Assembly: GCA_029781825.1 (NCBI GenBank)
Contig: JAKOVY010000020.1
Location: 24,449 to 88,448, forward strand
DNA from: Bacillota bacterium
GTDB taxonomy: Bacteria > Bacillota > Syntrophomonadia > Syntrophomonadales > DTU052
Reading direction: 5' to 3'
DNA: 64,000 bases
Position 1 is the stretch's first letter. Each line of letters begins with the position of its first letter. Of the stretch, positions 9,928-19,028 are shown piece after piece. The translations under genes and the position numbers were made by a program. The notes beneath the pieces were generated by a model, which did no database searches, was not told the origin of the DNA, and saw only the letters and a list, made by a program, of their open reading frames with translations.

Positions 9928-10159
9928 CCAGGTATGAAAAAATTGTGGACGTTCCCACCCTTCTCCATATCTTCCTTTTCGTAATTCTGGCTGAATACAA
10001 GCTGTCGCAGGGGATGCATGTCCTTGGGTCATGTTTTTGCTGTGATATGACCGCCATCCGGCGCCCGGTGCGTTTGGGCCTGCCCTTGCGGATGGTTTAT
10101 ACTGAAGTTTAGTGAATATGACTTGAAGAGAGTACCATCTTTATGAAAGGAGAAAAAAC

Positions 10160-10657
10160 GTGCTCTACATCAGAGACGCGGTCATCAGCGATCTGCCTGC
10201 GATAATGAAAATATACAACTATGCGGTTAAAAACCTGGCAGCTTCCTTTGACATTCAGGAAAAAACAATTGCCGAACGGTTTAGATGGTTTATTAAGCAC
10301 CGCGGCAAATACCCGCTGATTGTGGCCGAACTTGACGGCAAGGTTGTGGGTTACTGCTGTCTGAGCAGTTTCAGGGACAAAGCCGCCTATTCGCAGTCCG
10401 CCGAACTGTCAATATATATAGCCCCCGGGTACTGGGGCCGTGGCATCGGAACTGAACTCATGCAGGAATTACTGCGGCGAGCCAAAAAACTCAAATACCA
10501 TACTATAGTTGCCGGGATCACCGCCGACAATGAGGCCAGTATACGGCTGCACCGGAAGTTCGGCTTTGAATTGGTAGGCTGTTTCAAGGAGGTAGGCTTC
10601 AAGTTCGGCCGTTGGCATGATGTAAACTTTTATCAGCTGGTTATTGAGGCAACCTAG
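10160..10657 (+). CDS. GNAT-family N-acetyltransferase (phosphinothricin/MSO acetyltransferase-like)
   Basis: 165 aa with a GTG start after AAAGGAG. Contains the acetyl-CoA motif RGIGTELMQELLRRAK and ends HDVNFYQL. Confidence 0.8.
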   Translation: MLYIRDAVISDLPAIMKIYNYAVKNLAASFDIQEKTIAERFRWFIKHRGKYPLIVAELDGKVVGYCCLSSFRDKAAYSQSAELSIYIAPGYWGRGIGTELMQELLRRAKKLKYHTIVAGITADNEASIRLHRKFGFELVGCFKEVGFKFGRWHDVNFYQLVIEAT

Positions 10658-10659
10658 TC

Positions 10660-11667
10660 TTACGGCAGGGTTTCATCCTTCTTATCTCTTTCCATCAGCT
10701 TCCAGACTGCCGGCCTTGGTGGCTGATCCTCGAAAAGAACCTGGTAAACGACGTTGGTGATCGGCATTTCCAATCCCATTTCACGGGACATCTCAAAAGC
10801 CGCCTGGGTAGTGTATATGCCTTCAACAACCATGCCTATCATTTCAACAACCTGTTCCCGCTTGTGTCCCTGGCCGATAAGATAGCCGGCACGGTTGTTT
10901 CGCGAGTGACGGCTGGTGCAGGTCACCACCAAATCCCCAAGCCCGCTCAGGCCGGAGAAAGTCTGAGCCCGTGCTCCTACCCTTACTCCCATGCGGATTA
11001 TTTCCACCAGACCCCGGGTTAAGAGCGCTGCTCTGGTATTATCGCCAAAACCCAACCCCTCACTGATCCCGGTGGCTAAAGCGATGATGTTCTTCAGGGA
11101 GCCGCCCATTTCCACCCCGATAACATCCTCACTGGTATAAACCCTGAAACAGCGTGACATGAACACGTCCTGGACCAGCCGCGCCACCGGAGGATTAGAT
11201 GATGCAGTAACTACGGCTGTGGGTATTTGTCGTCCCACCTCTTCCGCATGACTGGGGCCGGACAAAACGGCATACCTTCTGAGGGTGTCGGGGCCCCAGG
11301 TATCACTCACCACCTCGCTCATCCGCAGGTGAGTTCCGATTTCCAGCCCCTTGGCGGTATTTACAATGACCACGTCCCTCCCGACCCGGTCTTCAATCTG
11401 CCGGAGAACCGAACGCAGGGCCTGGGAAGGAACCGATAGAACCAGCATTTTCGTCCCGCTCAAGGCATAATCAAGGTCATCGGTAACTTCAACTGCGTCC
11501 GGAATGCTTACTCCCGGCAGGAAGCGCGCATTTACCCGGGTGTGGGCTGTCTCCTCGATTCCGTCCTCTTTTCTCCCCCACAGTGTAACCTGTTTTCCGT
11601 TGCTCCCCAGCAGAACCGCCAGAGCCGTCCCCCAGCTGCCCGCTCCGATTATGGTTATCTTATGCAC
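10660..11667 (-). CDS. gpsA: NAD(P)H-dependent glycerol-3-phosphate dehydrogenase
   Basis: 335 aa starting MHKITIIGAGSWGTALA. Conserved synteny der-plsY-gpsA. Confidence 0.9.
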   Translation of the reverse strand: MHKITIIGAGSWGTALAVLLGSNGKQVTLWGRKEDGIEETAHTRVNARFLPGVSIPDAVEVTDDLDYALSGTKMLVLSVPSQALRSVLRQIEDRVGRDVVIVNTAKGLEIGTHLRMSEVVSDTWGPDTLRRYAVLSGPSHAEEVGRQIPTAVVTASSNPPVARLVQDVFMSRCFRVYTSEDVIGVEMGGSLKNIIALATGISEGLGFGDNTRAALLTRGLVEIIRMGVRVGARAQTFSGLSGLGDLVVTCTSRHSRNNRAGYLIGQGHKREQVVEMIGMVVEGIYTTQAAFEMSREMGLEMPITNVVYQVLFEDQPPRPAVWKLMERDKKDETLP

Positions 11668-11668
11668 G

Positions 11669-12268
11669 CTATACCCTCTCTCCTATCCGGGGTTCCTTTC
11701 CCTCACGCAGGCGCTTTATGTTGTCCTTGTGGCGGTAGATCACCAGGATTGCCAGGAGAAAGGTGAGGATGATGACGAATTTTTCCTGGGGATAAAGGAA
11801 CATGGTCAGGAAGGGAATAACAACGGCGGCAGTAAGCGAACCCAGGGATACGATGCGGGTTAACCCAACCACGGCCACAAAGGCGAAAAACAGGTATAGT
11901 ATGGAATACGGAACCAGGAAAACCAGAGCCCCGGCCGAAGTCGCCACACCCTTGCCGCCTTTAAACCTCAGGTACACCGGATAGCAATGCCCAACTACCG
12001 CCGCTAACGGGCACAGCAGCACAAGGACCCCTCCGCCCATAACGGATGCCAACCAGGCGGCGAAAACGCCTTTGAGGATATCGCCTGCCATCGCCAGAAT
12101 TGCCGGGGCTAACCCGGCTGAACGCAAAACATTGGTGGCCCCCACATTCCCGCTGCCGGTTTTCCTGATATCAACCTTGCCCATATGTCGACTCACTATG
12201 TAGGAAAAGGGTATGGAGCCGATCAGGTAACATATGATTACCAGCAAAAGCTCTTTCATCAGCATCAC
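11669..12268 (-). CDS. plsY: glycerol-3-phosphate acyltransferase PlsY
   Basis: 199 aa polytopic protein with the motif [12 protein letters not shown]. Confidence 0.9.
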   Translation of the reverse strand: MMLMKELLLVIICYLIGSIPFSYIVSRHMGKVDIRKTGSGNVGATNVLRSAGLAPAILAMAGDILKGVFAAWLASVMGGGVLVLLCPLAAVVGHCYPVYLRFKGGKGVATSAGALVFLVPYSILYLFFAFVAVVGLTRIVSLGSLTAAVVIPFLTMFLYPQEKFVIILTFLLAILVIYRHKDNIKRLREGKEPRIGERV

Positions 12269-13590
12269 TCCTTGCCCGTTCGCTGTCGCGGTACCAGCCT
12301 GATGGGCGACCCTTCAAAGCCGAAGGCCTGCCTCAAAGTGTTCTCCAGATACCTGAGGTAAGAAAAATGCATCAATTCCACATCATTTACAAATAAAACG
12401 AAGGTCGGCGGTCCGGTCTTGACCTGCGTGGTGTAATAGATCTTAAGTTTTTTCCGTCCGGCTCCCGGTGGCGGGTTGAGAAGCAAGGCTTCGTTGATCA
12501 CCCGGTTCAACTCCGCCGTCTGTATCTTGGAGTAGTGTTGCTCAGCAACGAAATCAACCAGCTCCAGGATCTTTTGAACCCTTTGTCCGGTCAAAGCCGA
12601 AACGTACAGAATGGGAGCATAGGCCATGAACTTCAAGTCTTCTCTTATATCTTTATCATAGACGGTCATGGTATTGGCATCTTTGGTGACCAGATCCCAC
12701 TTGTTAACCACAATCACCGATGCCCGACCCTGCTCGTGAACAAAGCCGGCAATCCTCTGGTCCTGTTCCGTGACCCCTTCAGTAGCATCAATTATTATGA
12801 GTACTACGTCGGCGCGATCCACCGCCTTAAACGCCCGCATTACACTGTATCTTTCGGTGGAAACGGAAATCTTGGTCTTCCTGCGAATTCCCGCGGTATC
12901 AATCAGGATATATCGGTTTCCCCCATAATCAAAAGGGGTATCAATGGCATCACGCGTGGTACCCGGAATATCACTGACTATAACCCGTTCTTCGCCCAGG
13001 ATGGCATTGACCAGTGACGACTTGCCGACGTTCGGCCGGCCAACCACCGCGATCTTGGTAATTAAGCCCTCTTCCTCAATGTCTTCATCCGGTTCCGGGA
13101 AATTGGCGGCTACCTCGTCCAGCAGGTCGCTGATGTTGAGACCATGAGCTGCAGAAATGGGAATTGGGTCTGATAACCCCAGAGAAAAGAATTCATAAAA
13201 CTGCGTCTGTTTGTGGAAATCCTCAACCTTGTTGGCTGCGAGTACTACAGGTTTGCGGCTCTTTCTCAGTATTTCGGCAATAGCTTCGTCTTCCTGAACC
13301 AGACCTTCCCGGGCATCGACCACCATGATAATAACATCGGCCTCTTCAATGGCGAGCTCCGCCTGCTTCTGCACCTCGGCGGCCAGCCCCTCATCACTCC
13401 CGGTGGTGAAACCGCCGGTATCGATGATTATAAACTCCCGACCTTCCCATTCGGACTTTTCATAGATGCGGTCTCTGGTTACACCCGGGATATCTTCGAC
13501 GATCGCCTTTCTCATTCCTGCCAGCCGGTTAAAAAGAGTAGATTTGCCAACATTGGGTCGGCCCACAATAGCCACTACTGGTTTTGACAT
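12265..13590 (-). CDS. der: ribosome biogenesis GTPase Der (EngA)
   Basis: 441 aa with two GTPase domains ([12 protein letters not shown] and [12 protein letters not shown]) plus a KH-like C-terminus. Confidence 0.95.
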   Translation of the reverse strand: MSKPVVAIVGRPNVGKSTLFNRLAGMRKAIVEDIPGVTRDRIYEKSEWEGREFIIIDTGGFTTGSDEGLAAEVQKQAELAIEEADVIIMVVDAREGLVQEDEAIAEILRKSRKPVVLAANKVEDFHKQTQFYEFFSLGLSDPIPISAAHGLNISDLLDEVAANFPEPDEDIEEEGLITKIAVVGRPNVGKSSLVNAILGEERVIVSDIPGTTRDAIDTPFDYGGNRYILIDTAGIRRKTKISVSTERYSVMRAFKAVDRADVVLIIIDATEGVTEQDQRIAGFVHEQGRASVIVVNKWDLVTKDANTMTVYDKDIREDLKFMAYAPILYVSALTGQRVQKILELVDFVAEQHYSKIQTAELNRVINEALLLNPPPGAGRKKLKIYYTTQVKTGPPTFVLFVNDVELMHFSYLRYLENTLRQAFGFEGSPIRLVPRQRTGKE

Positions 13591-14930
13591 CTTTCCCTCC
13601 TTTGGGGCCGCCTCTGCCGGCCCCTGCCGAGTACGGCATCCAACATGGCTCTCGGGTTGGGGTCAACGACCTCGATTTCAGCCCCCGACATCGCTGAAAG
13701 TTGAGATACGGTCATGTCATCAAGCAGCAAGGTTCCGCCATCTCTCAGTACGGTTTTGGGCAGCAGAATCCTCTCCCCCTCATAGCTCCTTCCTAAGGCC
13801 CGGAGTATGTCGTGTCCGGTCAGAAGGCCGGTCACTGTCACCCGACCCCCGAAGTAGTGATTGGTAACCGGAATAATACGGAGTTTGATTCCCAGCGGTT
13901 CAAGCATCCGAACAACATCGGCAAACATAGATTCCGCCGAACGGCCACATATGACATAGATCGGCTCCTCCGGGGTTTCGATTGATTTTAAACCTGACAA
14001 GAGATCCTGCAGCTCCTCCAGAAAAGAGGCGGCCATTCCAATACCGTTTTCCAACTGCGGGTAATCATCATAATACCACGGTTCCGGAAAACTCTTCCCG
14101 GCCATGACAAAAAACTCGTCCGCCAGGTAAACAAAGCCAACCCCCAATTCTTTTCGGAACTTTGCCTGCCAATCATCCACCAGGTCAATTAGGGCAAGGG
14201 CCATCTCTTTGGTAACCGGTGTCAGCGGGGGCAGGCCTTCACGATAACCGGTTATTCCTACCGGTACGATTCCCACACTCCTTACCCCCGGCCACAGGGA
14301 TTTGAGGTCGTCTACGGTTTGTTCCAGGATCCTGCCGTCGTTAATGCCCGGACATAGAACTACCTGGGTATGTACCTCAATGTTATGCTCTGCCAAGCGT
14401 TTCAGGTCGCGCATTACGTTCCGCGCTTTTTCGGACCCAAACATCCGGGCGCGGGTATCGGGGTCGGTAGCATGCACCGATACATAAAGAGGGCTCAGCC
14501 TCATCTCCAATATCTTGTTCCAATCTCGCCGCCCCAGGTTGGTCAGGCTTATAAAGTTGCCGTAGAGAAAAGAAAGCCGGTAGTCATCATCCTTGACGTA
14601 AAGAGTACTCCTCATACCCGGCGGCAGTTGGTCCACAAAGCAGAACAGGCATTTGTTGATGCACGACCTAATGCGGTCAAAAACTACGGCATCAAATTCG
14701 AGGCCCAGACTCTCCCCATAATCCTTCTCAATATCCAGAACCCAGGTTTCCCCGTCCGCTTTTTCGATTTCAATCTCCAGGTAGTCTTCATCGGTCAGGA
14801 AAGAATAGTCCAGGATATCATTAACCGTCTTGCCGTTTATTGATAAAAGCCGGTCTCCCGGTTCAATGCCCATTTCCTCACCAATGCTGCCCGGCATCAC
14901 CCTGGCAACTGTGGCGCCTCGTCTGGCCAA
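13575..14930 (-). CDS. PDZ plus DUF512 (radical-SAM-like) protein
   Basis: 451 aa with a TTG start 7 nt after GGGGGA. Has an N-terminal PDZ ([14 protein letters not shown]) and a Cys cluster CINKCLFCF. It sits upstream of der, as is usual in Clostridia. Confidence 0.75.
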   Translation of the reverse strand: MARRGATVARVMPGSIGEEMGIEPGDRLLSINGKTVNDILDYSFLTDEDYLEIEIEKADGETWVLDIEKDYGESLGLEFDAVVFDRIRSCINKCLFCFVDQLPPGMRSTLYVKDDDYRLSFLYGNFISLTNLGRRDWNKILEMRLSPLYVSVHATDPDTRARMFGSEKARNVMRDLKRLAEHNIEVHTQVVLCPGINDGRILEQTVDDLKSLWPGVRSVGIVPVGITGYREGLPPLTPVTKEMALALIDLVDDWQAKFRKELGVGFVYLADEFFVMAGKSFPEPWYYDDYPQLENGIGMAASFLEELQDLLSGLKSIETPEEPIYVICGRSAESMFADVVRMLEPLGIKLRIIPVTNHYFGGRVTVTGLLTGHDILRALGRSYEGERILLPKTVLRDGGTLLLDDMTVSQLSAMSGAEIEVVDPNPRAMLDAVLGRGRQRRPQRRERCQNQ

Positions 14931-15028
14931 AGTTCATTCCCCCGTCAATCAGGATATCCACCATTATCCGGCAAAACAACGGGTCGGTCAAGGACTGTTC
15001 AAAAAGCGGTGAAAAGGGAGTACCCTTG

Positions 15029-15523
15029 TCAGCCCGCCTTATACCCAAACCCGGTCATATTATCCGATACTCCGTGCAGTAATGCAACCTGCTCGCTGAG
15101 CCTAAAGGCTTCGGACTTTATCAGATTAAACTCACGGGTAATGATATAATCGGCAACCAGACGGTTAATACCGTTGCCAATTCCGAGAGGCATCCAGTGG
15201 GCTTTTGATGCAGCCCAAATGTCAAGTTCCCCGGGTATTCGTATCTCCTTTAGCAGCAGCTGTGACGAATCAATCCCCATAATCTGACTAAAGCCATTGA
15301 TTGCTCTGCTGCCGATACTCACCAGTCGCCCCAGTCCCAGAGTGTAAACATGGTTGCCATACCTATCGCAGCCGATGTTTATGGGAAAACCGCTGGAGTC
15401 AAGAGAGAGGTCACAGTAGCCGTCCAGTTGGTTGAATTCTTTTACGGATGTGTTTTGCAGGTAAAGGTGAGCGGCCACCAGGGTATGATGCACACCGGTG
15501 GTCCCAACCAAAAGGATTATCAT
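15029..15523 (-). CDS. DUF3189-family protein (paralogue 2)
   Basis: Start re-set to ATG 15523 (MIILLVGTTGVHHTLVAAHLYL), forming an ATGA overlap with the upstream stop. The N-terminus parallels the neighbouring paralogue. Confidence 0.55.
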   Translation of the reverse strand: MIILLVGTTGVHHTLVAAHLYLQNTSVKEFNQLDGYCDLSLDSSGFPINIGCDRYGNHVYTLGLGRLVSIGSRAINGFSQIMGIDSSQLLLKEIRIPGELDIWAASKAHWMPLGIGNGINRLVADYIITREFNLIKSEAFRLSEQVALLHGVSDNMTGFGYKAG

Positions 15524-15984
15524 TCCCTTCCCCCTTTCATCTCGTTTTTTACCCTCTCCACTGCCTGCACCAGTTGAGGAAATGCCAGACGGGTTCCCCA
15601 AATCAAGATGGGCCGCCCCAGGGAAACCAACCCCAGCCGGCGGGAGAGGAATCCTCCCGCCATCATCAATATGTTTACATAATGCATGGTGTTTACTACC
15701 ACCACCCGGTCTTTTACCCCCAGCAGCTCGGCCAGTCCCATAAATATCCTGTCCAACCTGCTTCCTAGGTTCTTTTTGCCCAGCACATAAACTTCATCGC
15801 CTTCACCGGTGCGCCCCATAAACCGGATGACCCCGTATACTTCACCCGGTGTTTTGTCGAAGTACGGCAATGCCATCAGCTCTTGAAAAGTAGGAATGCG
15901 ATTGGTCGGTAAAAGGCCGAGATGGATAGCCGCCGCCGTGACCGAGGAGTGTGAGCCGCCAAAACAGTGATAGATGATCTTCAT
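15520..15984 (-). CDS. DUF3189-family protein (paralogue 1)
   Basis: 154 aa starting MKIIYHCFGGSHSSVTAAAIHLGLLP, recalled as the DUF3189 signature. Confidence 0.6.
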   Translation of the reverse strand: MKIIYHCFGGSHSSVTAAAIHLGLLPTNRIPTFQELMALPYFDKTPGEVYGVIRFMGRTGEGDEVYVLGKKNLGSRLDRIFMGLAELLGVKDRVVVVNTMHYVNILMMAGGFLSRRLGLVSLGRPILIWGTRLAFPQLVQAVERVKNEMKGGRE

Positions 15985-16021
15985 AATTTCGCCTCATGAT
16001 TGTTTATTTGCGGTCAGACCT

Positions 16022-16115
16022 GGCAACAAATCTCCGAGGTCGTCACCAAAGTACCGAAACCGCTGAAACCGGAGGACCCGCCCGAGGGCAACAAATTTCC
16101 GTGGTCGTCACCAAG
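16022..16115. repeat. two imperfect ~29-bp direct repeats, 65 bp apart, in the intergenic region upstream of the DUF3189 pair
   Basis: GGCAACAAATCTCCGAGGTCGTCACCAAAG (16022-16051) against GGCAACAAATTTCCGTGGTCGTCACCAAG (16087-16115). They differ at 2 positions within the aligned 29 nt. Confidence 0.6.
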
Positions 16116-16220
16116 TGCGAAAAAGGTCAATGCCTCGGAAGCCATATCGCAACAACAGCCGGCTCCAACCATGATGACTGAAACCGGCCGGTTGCGTTTC
16201 TGGATTCAATCTGGCCATTC

Positions 16221-17294
16221 TTACTTGGTCTTTTTTCGATTTATGGCAATATACGCACCGTAAGCAACAGCAACTCCCAGCAGGATTAATATGACCGCGG
16301 TCCAATCACTGCGCTGGTTCCCGGCCGCCGATACATTCACCAGCGGGGCGGCATCGCTGTCCTGTTTGCTCTCAACTCCGAAGACATCGGGGATAACTTG
16401 CGCGAACATCTCTATTCCCCTTCTGGCGTCTTCTTTGCTGTTCGTGTGCGTACCAACTTCGACCAGTATCGACCTTGGAGACAAGTCCTGGTTGTAGCAA
16501 CCTCTGCCCATGAATATCCCGGCCGAGAGTCCCGGGCATTTTTCATCCATATAGGCTTTGATTTTTTTTGCAAACTCCAGATTTGACGACATATGAGGGT
16601 TCTGCTTGCCCACTACCAGCTTGACCCGAGTAACCTTTTGACTATTTACATTGGCGGTATACACCTCTGCCGGTACCGCGTCCCGGTGGAGATCCACCAA
16701 CCCCACGCATCCCTGCTGCAGAAGTTTGGAAGCAGTGCGGCGGGAACGGGCGTAGGCGTTTACATCATGGGGGTTATGAGAGGTCTTGTCAAACACCGCA
16801 TTTACCCCCTGAGATTTCAAAGCGTCCCTCAAAGCCTCTCCCACCTGGTAGATTCCTCCCCGGCCGCTTATACTTTTCTTACCGTCGGAGGGAACGTATG
16901 ATTCATCGCTGTGCGTACAGTAGATGCCTATAGTTCCGCGGTTTTTGGCTATCACCGGTGTCAAGCCCAATATTCCCGAAATCTTGGGGGCCTCAGCTTT
17001 TACTTCCGGCATTTTTTCCACCCCCACCAGAGTACAGCGGCAGGTGTCCCCTTCGATCTTCGCCACCCTGAACCGCCGGTTGTCGGGGGTTATGAACTCG
17101 TCATCCTTATAAACCTGCATAGCGGTTTTGGTCAGGATCTCTCCTTCTTCACTCACCAGGGTGTAATAGCCTCCGTCGGTTCTTTCATGTTCATAACCTC
17201 CCATGGCCGCGTCGGCTGACAGGTTCCATATAGCCGCCAACAGGAAGGAAAGAATAATAAGCCTTTTAAGCACCGTCCTCATTCCTTTCCGCAT
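16221..17294 (-). CDS. spoIIP: stage II sporulation protein P
   Basis: 357 aa with an N-terminal signal/anchor. The amidase-like core has IGIYCTHSDESYVPSDG and LHRDA, typical of the SpoIIP family. Confidence 0.8.
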   Translation of the reverse strand: MRKGMRTVLKRLIILSFLLAAIWNLSADAAMGGYEHERTDGGYYTLVSEEGEILTKTAMQVYKDDEFITPDNRRFRVAKIEGDTCRCTLVGVEKMPEVKAEAPKISGILGLTPVIAKNRGTIGIYCTHSDESYVPSDGKKSISGRGGIYQVGEALRDALKSQGVNAVFDKTSHNPHDVNAYARSRRTASKLLQQGCVGLVDLHRDAVPAEVYTANVNSQKVTRVKLVVGKQNPHMSSNLEFAKKIKAYMDEKCPGLSAGIFMGRGCYNQDLSPRSILVEVGTHTNSKEDARRGIEMFAQVIPDVFGVESKQDSDAAPLVNVSAAGNQRSDWTAVILILLGVAVAYGAYIAINRKKTK

Positions 17295-17991
17295 CTTGTT
17301 CGGGTACCGGTTTACGGGCCGGCTCTACCTGCGGTTCACGCAGATTTTTAACCAGTTCCTCGGGCCGCCCTTCCACCTCCGGGCCTCCCTGAACCCGTTC
17401 CAGGATTTCGCCGACACCTTCTGCCAACAGTACTGCCAGAATACCGGAAAGAACCAGAGCGTCAAAGGCCCCGGCGCCACCAAGGTTGACGACCCCGGGA
17501 TTGCCGGTTCGCATCAGCCAGATAAAATGCCCCACGTCAAGAGCAAATACCCCCATTACCGCCGCAAAGAATGCCCCACGGCGGGATCTCCCGGCAATGT
17601 AGGCCACAGTTCCGGCTACCAGAGGATAAATGTAGATGGGATCGATGAACATCTGCTCCGGCTCCGCACCCAATACCCTGCCTACCAGGAACAGGAGGGC
17701 GGCCGTCACACCGGCGGCAACAATGGCCCTTATCCACTCATAGGCTTTGCCCGCACCCGCCAGGACGTAGATGGCCAGGATGATGGGGATTATTCCCCCC
17801 AGATTGATCGTCAGACGACTGGTCACAGGTATATCAATAAAACTGCCCACTATTATGGCCGCGATTACGCCCAGCGCAGCACGGTCAGACAGCCTCAGAC
17901 GGTCCAACACCCGGTGTCCGACGCCAAAATAGATGAGTATCGATACTGCCAGAAGTGTCAGTAACCCTAACGGATATTGAAGCATGTTCAT
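17266..17991 (-). CDS. DUF1614-family integral membrane protein
   Basis: Polytopic membrane protein starting (MN)MLQYPLGLLTLLAVSILIYFGVGHRVLDRLRLSDRAAL. The family is recalled from memory. The ORF-track GTG at 18003 lies inside the RBS GGAAAGGAAG, so the start is probably 17991 or 17985. The gene overlaps spoIIP. Confidence 0.5.
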   Translation of the reverse strand: MNMLQYPLGLLTLLAVSILIYFGVGHRVLDRLRLSDRAALGVIAAIIVGSFIDIPVTSRLTINLGGIIPIILAIYVLAGAGKAYEWIRAIVAAGVTAALLFLVGRVLGAEPEQMFIDPIYIYPLVAGTVAYIAGRSRRGAFFAAVMGVFALDVGHFIWLMRTGNPGVVNLGGAGAFDALVLSGILAVLLAEGVGEILERVQGGPEVEGRPEELVKNLREPQVEPARKPVPEQDAERNEDGA

Positions 17992-18102
17992 CTTCCTTTC
18001 CACTGTGATGGAATTAGATTTCCCTGCTGATTAACGAATGATACAACCATCCCGGGCAAGGGGAGGGATGTTCCTGGGGCATGATTGGCGGCGTGCCGCC
18101 AA

Positions 18103-18198
18103 GTAAAAAGAAAAGAACAAAGCCACCGGGCATCCCGATGGCTTTATTTCTATCCGTATAGTGATTCTTGTTAATCCTTCCGGTTTTTTGCGGGAGAG
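18103..18198 (-). repeat. copy A of a conserved ~90-nt element ending in a terminator hairpin (downstream of mscL)
   Basis: The minus strand reads ...CCGGAAGGATTAACAAGA..TATACGGATAGA..AGCCATCGGGATGCCCGGTGGCT followed by TTGTTCTTTTCTTTTT. The 23-nt core (18121-18143) is identical to copy B. Confidence 0.6.
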
Positions 18199-18211
18199 TA
18201 ATTGGATACGA

Positions 18212-18640
18212 CTACAGTTCAGATGTGCAATGGGGGCAGCGGGTAGCTTTAATCGACACCTGTGACCAGCAAAACGGACAATCCTTGGTGGCAGGTTCAG
18301 GAGCCGGTTCCTCCCTCTTAAACCTGTTAATCTGCTTGACAACGATAAATATAACGAAAGCCACTATTAAGAAGTCGATTACGTTATTGAGGAACAAACC
18401 GTATTTTATCAATGGTGCACCTGCTTCAACCGCCTTCTCCAAAGATTCGTAATGCTGTCCAGAAAGGTTTATATAAAGATTGGAAAAATCGACTTTTCCC
18501 AGCAGCATTCCGATGGGTGGCATTAGAACGTCGTTCACGAACGAGGTAATGATTTTGCCGAATGCGGTTCCGATTATAATACCTATTGCAAGATCAATCA
18601 CATTGCCCCTCATGGCAAAGTCGCGAAATTCCTTCCACAT
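18212..18640 (-). CDS. mscL: large-conductance mechanosensitive channel MscL with a C-terminal CxxC-N10-CxxC zinc-ribbon-like tail
   Basis: Starts [30 protein letters not shown]. Start set to ATG 18640, 9 nt after GGAGG. The C-terminus is [24 protein letters not shown]. Confidence 0.85.
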   Translation of the reverse strand: MWKEFRDFAMRGNVIDLAIGIIIGTAFGKIITSFVNDVLMPPIGMLLGKVDFSNLYINLSGQHYESLEKAVEAGAPLIKYGLFLNNVIDFLIVAFVIFIVVKQINRFKREEPAPEPATKDCPFCWSQVSIKATRCPHCTSEL

Positions 18641-18892
18641 CTCTATCACCCTCCATTAAGTTTTTTTAACCTTAGGTAACAACATTATTGGACACTACTC
18701 GGCTGATAACCTTTTCGATTACACAACAGGAAATAACCGGTTTAAATCTCGATGAACGAGTTGGCCCAAGTATTGACAGCAAAAGCCTAAAAGCAAACCA
18801 TATACGAGCGAAGAGAATACCAAGAGCCGGGGAATCTTCGACCCTGTACGCCAAGAATTCTTGCCAACATACCTTCGTCTGCCCGACTTCCC

Positions 18893-18982
18893 GCAAAAAT
18901 AGAGCCACCGGGCATCCCGATGGCTCAACTCTGTTCGTATAACCAACTCCTGTAATCCTTCCAGTCTTTTTTGGGTTGAGAA
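18893..18982 (-). repeat. copy B of the same element (downstream of the acyl-CoA dehydrogenase gene, upstream of mscL)
   Basis: The minus strand reads ...CTGGAAGGATTACAGGA..TATACGAACAGA..AGCCATCGGGATGCCCGGTGGCT followed by CTATTTTTGC. Core at 18903-18925. Confidence 0.6.
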
Positions 18983-19028
18983 GTCCGTAACCGGTGGTGT
19001 GCATGCAGAATCCTCGATTTAATCCAAC

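Noticed and set aside
18031-19004. ORFs 18031..18342 and 18672..19004, which share the peptide PSGCPVALF.
   Set aside because: The shared peptide is a translation artefact of the duplicated terminator hairpin DNA. One ORF overlaps mscL, and neither has an RBS.
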